Source: Microbotryum violaceum
Taxonomy: Eukaryota
DNA length: 64,000 bases
Reading direction: 5' to 3'
Assembly: GCA_001244265.2 (NCBI GenBank)
Contig: CDLV01000007.1
Location: 2,232,001 to 2,296,000, forward strand
The stretch's first letter is position 1; every line of letters begins with the position of its first letter. This document shows positions 56,778 through 64,000 of this stretch, one piece after another. The position numbers and the translations under genes were made by a program. The notes under the pieces are model-generated. The model was not told the origin of the DNA. It worked only from the letters and a program-made list of their open reading frames with translations, and searched no databases.

Positions 56778-59413
56778 ATGGCGATCATGACTCTCAGTTC
56801 CAGCTCGACCGTGCGACGACATGCCTTGACTTGGACCTTCTCGGCCAGCGCGCGCCGCCTGTCGACGACTCGAGTCAACGCCGCTGCCGGCCCGCTGAAT
56901 CGCCACAGCAAGCTCATCACATCGGACAAGACCCAGGGTGCATCGCAGGTAGGTATCGGTGATCCCATCGCGAAAGACGCAGCCCTTCAAGGCCAATGCA
57001 TCTCGTTCAATGTGATCGAGTGTGCTTGTCGACCTTCGCACTCGCAAGCTGATCTAAGCTAAGTCCGACACTTTGATGCTCTATACTCGCTGGACCATAG
57101 GCTATGCTCTACGCCACCGATGGTATTGACTCTGAAAGTGATCTCGCGAAGCCCATGGTCGGTGTTGCGAACGTCTGGTAAGCTGCATAAACTCACAGTC
57201 CCGCTCGATCTCGCAACAGACACAGCTGGCTAACTCGGCCTTCCCCTTGCTCCTCCTCAGGTACGAGGGTAACCCGTAAGACGAAATCTACAAAATCCTT
57301 AAAGCATCGATCCGTGTACTAAATCGGCTGAGCCGGCTCACAGATGCAACAAACACGTGCTCGGCCTCGGCGCCAGGATCAAGGCTTCACTCCAAAAGTC
57401 TGATATCACCGCGTACCAGTTCGGCACCGTCGGTGTCTCCGATGGTATCTCTATGGGCACCTTTGGCATGAGCTACTCGCTCCAGTCTCGAGATCTCATC
57501 GCTGATCAAGTCGAGACGGCTGCGGGAGGACACTGGCTCGACGGTATGGTTACCATCCCGGCCTGCGACAAAAACATGTTCGTTGTATTACCGAGCCCAG
57601 CTCTTGCAGGAGTGTCTGTACGCCAATACGAGCTCACACGGGCCTTTCATTTCACCACAGGCCTGGTGTTCTGATGGCTCTAGGTCGTTTGAACCGACCG
57701 GGAATTATGGGTGAGCTGTTTCGAACGTAACACCCACTGACTTACATCCGGTGAGCTGACGACTTCGGCCCTTTTATCAGTCTACGGCGGTACGATGCAG
57801 CCCGGTTCGTGCGCGGACCAGCCCGTGTTGGACGTTGTGTCGGCTTTCCAGTCGTACGGCAAATTCTTGGAGATGGGCTCGACACCCGAAGCCGAGAAGA
57901 TCCGTTACGACACCGTCCGCAACTCGTGCCGCAAGGAAGGTGGCAGTTGTGGCGGCATGTACACCGCCAAGTGAGCCTACGGCCAGGCGATATTTCGTCC
58001 TACAAAACGAATCCTGATGTAACCCGTCACCGTCTTTGTGTAGCACGATGGCGAGTGCCGCAGAGGCTATGGGTATGACTTTGCCCGGATCGAGTTCGAC
58101 ACCGGCGGCCTACAAAGAGAAGCTCGAAGAGTGCGATGCTGTTGGCCCTGCGATGTACAATATGCTCAAGTACGATATCAAACCCCGGGACATCATGACC
58201 CGAGCCGCTTTTGAGAACGCCATGGTATGTCCGCAGGCCTTCATTCGAGGAAAGAGCATAGCGTGACTGACACCCCTTCCCACCGTCTGTCGCGCAGGTG
58301 CTGACCATGATCCTTGGTGGCTCGACGAACGCTGTTTTGCATTTGATCGCCATCGCTCACTCAGTTGGCATCAAACTGACGATTGATGACATTCAATCCG
58401 TCTCGGACCGGATACCTTTCGTTGGCAACCTCAAGCCCAGTGGAAAATATGTGATGGAGGATGTGCACAAGATTGGAGGAATCCCGAGTGCGTTCTTGAC
58501 TGTTTACTTCCATAATCCCATCCCGTGATCTCTCACCTAACGTCATTGTTTCACATTTGTCGCAGCTGTCCTCAAATATTTGCTCGAAAAGAAGCTCATC
58601 GACGGCTCGATCATGACCGTAACAGGCAAGACGCTCGCGGAGAACCTCGAGCACGCCCAACCTTTGCCCCACGGCCAAGACGTCATCTATCCCTTGGAGA
58701 AACCCATCAAGTCGACGGGTCACATCCGAATCCTCCGGGGCAACATCGCCCCCGGTGGTTGCGTGTCCAAGATTACGGGCAAGGAGGGCCTCGAGTTCAC
58801 GGGCAAGGCACGCTGCTTCGACAATGAAGATGCGGTCGCCAAGGCCATTTCGAACAAGGAGCTCAAGGTTGGAGAAAAGACGGTGATCGTGTTGCGATAC
58901 CTCGGACCCAAGGGTGGACCGGGTATGCCAGAGATGCTCAAGACGACGAGTATGGTCATGGGTGCCGGTCTCGGCATGGACGTTGCTTGCGTTACGGACG
59001 GTCGTTTCTCCGGTGGAACGCACGGCTTTACCGTCGGTCATGTCGTCCCCGAGGCTCAGGAAGGTGGTCCGATCGGATTGATCGAGGATGGGGATGAGAT
59101 TTACATCAACGCGGTCGAGAACACGATTAACATGAAGGTCTCGGACGAGGAGATTGAGCGACGAAGAAAAAACTGGAAGCCCATGGCGCCAAAGGTCAAA
59201 TCGGTGCGTCTGGTCGGAATGCTGGCTGGCCCTATTGTCGATCATTTTGCTGATTTTTCATACCTTTGATTATCCTTCAGGGTACCCTTTACAAGTACAT
59301 GAAGTCAGTCTATACTTTGCGTCTTGTTGGCAAATTGTTGTACAGCAGCTGATCCTTCCTAATCTCACAGACTCGTATCGGATGCTTCGCACGGTGCCGT
59401 CACGGACGCGTAG
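56778..59413 (+). CDS. ILV3: Dihydroxy-acid dehydratase, mitochondrial
   Basis: [83 protein letters not shown] and TDGRFSGG. Confidence 0.96.
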
Positions 59414-60186
59414 ACACTGTTTGTTATTCATACTATTCTTGTAATAAGCATCATGGGGGATACTTCAAATTGACTGCGTCACTTCTCACCGATACCGAGT
59501 GACGAGAAAACGCCTAGAAGATCCGATATGTATTCTCGGCCGTGCGCACACGCCGGAACATTACAGGGGCACGCGCCCGTATCCAAAATTTAGTGATGTG
59601 CATTATCAGCCTCACTGAGACATGGTACAAGACGGGAGATAGTTGTAACAAGCAAGTCTACACCCTCTTGGATAAAAGGTGCTATGGGAAAGAACCGATC
59701 TTGAGGGCGGCGATCTCTGCGAGATGCTGCGCGCTAGTACCAAGTAAGGCACCGGGAGAACTTGGGGACCGAATTGGCGTCAAGCTCGCCGAGCCCAAAC
59801 AATCGGAGCTCGCGGACTCTCGGATGTCGAGGCCGCCTGGGAAGCCGGCAGGCTCCACAAGTACTGCCTTGAGGTCTTGACACCTCTGTTGATTTTCTTG
59901 GGCGATATCCACTTTCAAGTGTAACAACATCAGAGAACGGCGTTCGCCCATTTGGTCCACTTCGAGCCCCGGGTCCTCGCACGGTTGCCCGTGTCAAGGC
60001 TCAAGTGCTCAAGCTCAAGCTCGCATTCGCTCGTCGTCACCGCGTACTTCGCTCCCGGCGCGCCTCAAGATCCCGTGACCCAGTGCGCCGCGTCGTCGTT
60101 GTCGTGGGCGTCCACGTATTTCCCGGGCTTTTGCGTCACACTCTGGCCGACCAAGCACCTGCAATCATCTCGGGTATTATATTGCC

Positions 60187-62627
60187 ATGTCAGGTCAGTC
60201 TCTACGCCTCTGCACGTCGCATCATCGTAGCGATTTGCCGGATGAATCTCAGAGGCTTCGCTCAACTTGGTGCCAACTCGCTGAACGAGCCTACGCTCCC
60301 CCACAGCCATCTACTCAATCTACACCTCACCGAACCACCCGCCCGTTCCCGGACATCTCCCAACTTTGATCGTGACGCCCCATGGACGTAGTAGCCACGT
60401 GTTGTGTGAGTCCGATCCCTTTCTCGCTCACGGCCAGTGAGACCTGGACCACGAGCTTTGCCTCCTATCGCGCGCGTGTCCGTTTGTGTGGGTGTGGAAG
60501 CTGATCAATCACACCCTCATCGCGAATAGATACCTACCTCCATACGAACAACAACAGGGAAAACTACCTCTTGACCCCGTCCGATGCCGGTGACTTGTGC
60601 GTCGCAAAGTTGTATCCGACCCAGGGCACGACCGGCACCGCGTCGGCTCAATCGGTGCGCTGTGAGGCCAGTCGCAACCTGAGGTGGACCATCAACAACA
60701 CCGGAATCCAGGTGGGCTATGACAGCATGTCTTACCAAGTGTACATATGACGTTCTGACGCTTTGTGCCTCTGCAGAACCCCGTGTATAAACTGACTCTG
60801 CCGAACCCGGATCAACCGAGTCAAGATCAACCGCTGTTCCAAGTCAGCAAGCCGAGTCCACACGCAACATGGTGGACACTCTTCTACTTCACCTACGCCG
60901 GTCATCTCATCCCTCCGAAGCGAATCGAGTTTGGCAAAATCCAGAGGAACTCGCCCGAAGCGGGAGGCGGCACGCGCGTCTCGATCACAGGCAAGACGGA
61001 CGATGAGAAAGCTGTTTGGAAGACTCTTGGGGACGCGAACGAAGATATGGTCGAATGGATCGTAATTTGTGCGGCTCTCGTCGTGCTCGATAACGAGATC
61101 GTCACTGCTGCGACCCTTGCCGGGATCAACGCCGGTGAGCTACCTCCGAACTTCCCTACCCGACCCGAGCCTGCGTCATCGATGCCCGGCCATGCGCCTC
61201 GTACACGTACAACTTCAGCACCGAGCAGTCGTGACGCCCAACGTGCGCGTTCGCCCCCAGCACCGCCTCCGATGCCATCGAGTGTCTCTGCTTCGGGTCA
61301 TGGCCAACCCTCACACCAATCCAGGAGGCCAGGACAACCCTTGCTCGAACCGAATCCGAATCCGAGAGCGAGAGCGCCAATGTCGCAGCCCAGTCACAGC
61401 CACAACAATTCGTTGCCCACCAATTCGCCCGCGTACGGAGCCCCTCTATTAAAGCCCCTGTCATCCCCACCGCAGCTGCAGCCTCAACCTCCGTTCCAGC
61501 TGCGTCACCCTGGCGCAGCACCGGCTCCTCTTCCATCTCAACCCCAGCACCAGTCGTCGCATCAGCCTCATATGATGCCTCCAGTTGCTCAACCTTCTCG
61601 AAAATCGTACGAAGCTGGTCGTCCTGCTCCTGCTCAAGGGCCGCCTCCGACCCATCGTTCCTTAGTGGACCCTCGCTTCGCACAGTCCACACCTCAGCAG
61701 CCACCGAGTCAATACCAGCAGCCGCAGCCGCAGCAACGCTACCCTGGTTCACACCCCTCGATGCAGTTGCAGCCGCCGAATGGAGGAGGAGGAGGAGCTC
61801 CTCCCCAGCAACCCTATCGAGGCGGTCCACCCCCACCGCACCGCGGATCGCCGAACGGAGGTGGTGAAAGCCCGCAGCAGTCACAACGCATGCCGCCGCC
61901 TCCACAACAACATCTACAGCCCATGCCGCCGCCGCGACTGCAACAACAAGAGAGGCCTTTGATTCGCCATCAGCTCTCGGACCGACCTGTCGCACGTGAT
62001 CTTCGATACGATGAAGGAGCAAGGTCTCGACCTCATTCAGCTGAACCTCCGAGGTCGCAACCGTTGCACGTTTCGGCTTCGCGTTCGTATCCTGAATTGC
62101 CTACGCCTCAACCATACTCTTCGATGCCCCCTCCTCAGCAGCAACAGCAGCAACAGCGAGAAAGGGAACGAAATGGTCGCAATCGTGAGCCCGTAGGGTT
62201 GACACCTTCGGGTCATCAAATTTCACCGCCGAGGTCGCGTTCACAACCTCCGAGGGGACATCCGCAATACCAACAACAGCCGCAACAACCGCTCCCACAA
62301 GCTCGTCAACAATACCTACAACCTTGGCCACAAGGTCAGCAAGTTTACGCCCCCCAACAATCCCGACCACCGCAACAACATCAACAACGACCTCCTGGAC
62401 CCCCTCAGCAACGTCCACCACCACCCGCACAACAAGCGCCAGCCCAACCTCCAAGACAACCTCTGGAACCCTGGCTGCAACCCAAAGGCAATGCCCAAAA
62501 TCCGATCCCTACCCCCGTCGCAGCCCCCAAAGCTGCACCCACCGCATCATCGGAGAAGAAGGCGCCGGAGAAGAAGAACAAGAGCTTTGCGCTTTTCTCT
62601 CCGCCATTGGCTTCGACCAAGAATTGA
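60187..62627 (+). CDS. Uncharacterised protein: globular N-terminal domain plus long Pro/Gln-rich tail
   Basis: 620-aa ORF (NPVYKLTLPNP..LFQVSKP..WWTLFYFTYAGHLIPPKRIEFG) preceded by spliceable exons. The start is approximate. Confidence 0.75.
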
Positions 62628-63027
62628 GCATGGGATCATTTGTATGTATGTTCATTGCAGTTTGAGAGGACAGGACTAGAACTTTTGTGTGTGTTTAGTA
62701 CGGTCTTTCGGAAGGAGGACGTCCGCGTCTGTTCATTTCTTCTTTGCAATCGAACTTTGGAAGAAGTGTACAAAAGTTCACTTAACCCTGATTAGCACTT
62801 GATGCGACGAGGGGTCCGTGCGGGACGAATGGCAGGGCGTGATAATAAAAGCTGACGGGGGGGCGGGGGGCGGCTTGCGAAACCGAGGGTGGGAGTCGCG
62901 GATTTTGGCCGGCAGTGGATTTTGGCCAAGTCGCGCGCGTCCGGGCCAGCAAGCGAATCCAACGCGAGCGAGCGGTTCCATCTTTCCTCTCTCCGTTGTA
63001 GCCTCGAACCCCAAGTCTCTGCCCATC

Positions 63028-64000
63028 ATGGTAAGTGATTGCACCCCACCCAGCCAACAGTCGTTGACGACGAACGCCAGCCGCCCCCATCGACTTGCCA
63101 CTCGATGTTGTGTACGACGCACGACGACACGACGACGGCTGCGAACTCGTCGAGCACGACGACCCACACGCCAGCCAGCACACACCACACCGCCAGTTGA
63201 AGCTTAGGACAGCTTGCCCGCCCGCCCCGCGCCAGCGCCTGCCCGCTGTCCAGCAGAGTGCCGCCCGCGCCAACACGCCGCCCCAGCCGCCTGCGGGCAA
63301 AGTTCGACAGTTTTCAGAACGGCGTCGCGTCGCACTCTACGATCATCATTGGCATAAGAGGAAGCTGTGGAGATGGTGTAGAGTGATGGATTGAGGCTGA
63401 TGGTGTAGCTTCAGCGTTGTTGGTGCTGGTGGTGGACGGTGGATGCGATGGGATTGGCATTGGCATTGGCATGGGCGTCGGTCGGGGGTGGGCCGTGCTG
63501 ACTGGGGGTGCGAAAGGACGCATGCGCGCCCACGGACGACCCACGATCGACCACAATAAACCGCGACATCGACTGCGACTAGCCATCACATACGACCTCC
63601 ACAAGATGACATGGCCGTTCCGATGGTGACCACGTGTGCTGACTCTATTCTTCTCCCCTCTGTGCCCCGCCACGACCTCCACCCATCAATCAGGATCCCA
63701 CCGGTGCCGTCACGATCCGCACACGCAAGTTCATCACGAACCGATTGCTGCAACGCAAGCAAATGGTCGTCGACGTCCTGCACCCGACCCGTGCCAACGT
63801 CTCCAAGGACGAGCTCCGCGACAAGCTCTCGGCCATGTACAAGGCGCCCAAGGACCAGGTCATCGTCTTTGGCTTCCGCACCCAGTTCGGTGGAGGAAAG
63901 TCGACCGGGTTCGCGTTGATCTACGACACAAAGGAGAGCCTCAAGCTGGAGCCGAGGTACAGGCTGGTCCGAGTGAGTAGATGGGACGAGCGCGCACCGC
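63028..64000 (+). CDS. RPS24: 40S ribosomal protein S24 (eS24), 5' part
   Basis: ATG|intron 63031-63693|[31 protein letters not shown]...[20 protein letters not shown]. The next intron begins at 63973. Confidence 0.96.

Noticed and set aside
59682-59997. Short minus-strand ORFs between ILV3 and the Pro/Gln-rich gene
   Set aside because: No motif or convincing splice structure.

Overview
Gene-dense, intron-rich eukaryotic DNA from a basidiomycete fungus. Microbotryomycetes (Microbotryum/Rhodotorula-like) is likely but is only an inference from gene style and transposon content. About 20 spliced protein genes can be assembled by eye: two Zn2Cys6 transcription factors, a 4CL-like acyl-CoA ligase, DOA1, PTC7, snurportin-1, LSM6, SmB, UBC13, PRP22, SNC1, a small membrane protein, PRP2/DHX16, an FN3/coiled-coil protein, COQ4, mL54, SCS7, a G-alpha subunit, ILV3, a Pro/Gln-rich protein and RPS24. 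Two things stand out. (1) A ~10.4 kb decayed Mutator-like (MULE) DNA transposon at ~39.8-50.2 kb. Its ~320 bp terminal inverted repeats are built from exact 23-bp subrepeats. Its spliced gene joins a DDE transposase, a SWIM finger, a Ulp1-like protease and a C-terminal Zn2Cys6 domain, and a Helitron fragment is nested inside. (2) Five snRNP/spliceosome genes lie among eight consecutive genes at 16-34 kb. Smaller observations include three GC-AG introns, micro-exons, split start codons, a Leu3-type site upstream of ILV3, and a possible highly divergent small-GTPase-like gene. All exon boundaries are manual predictions.
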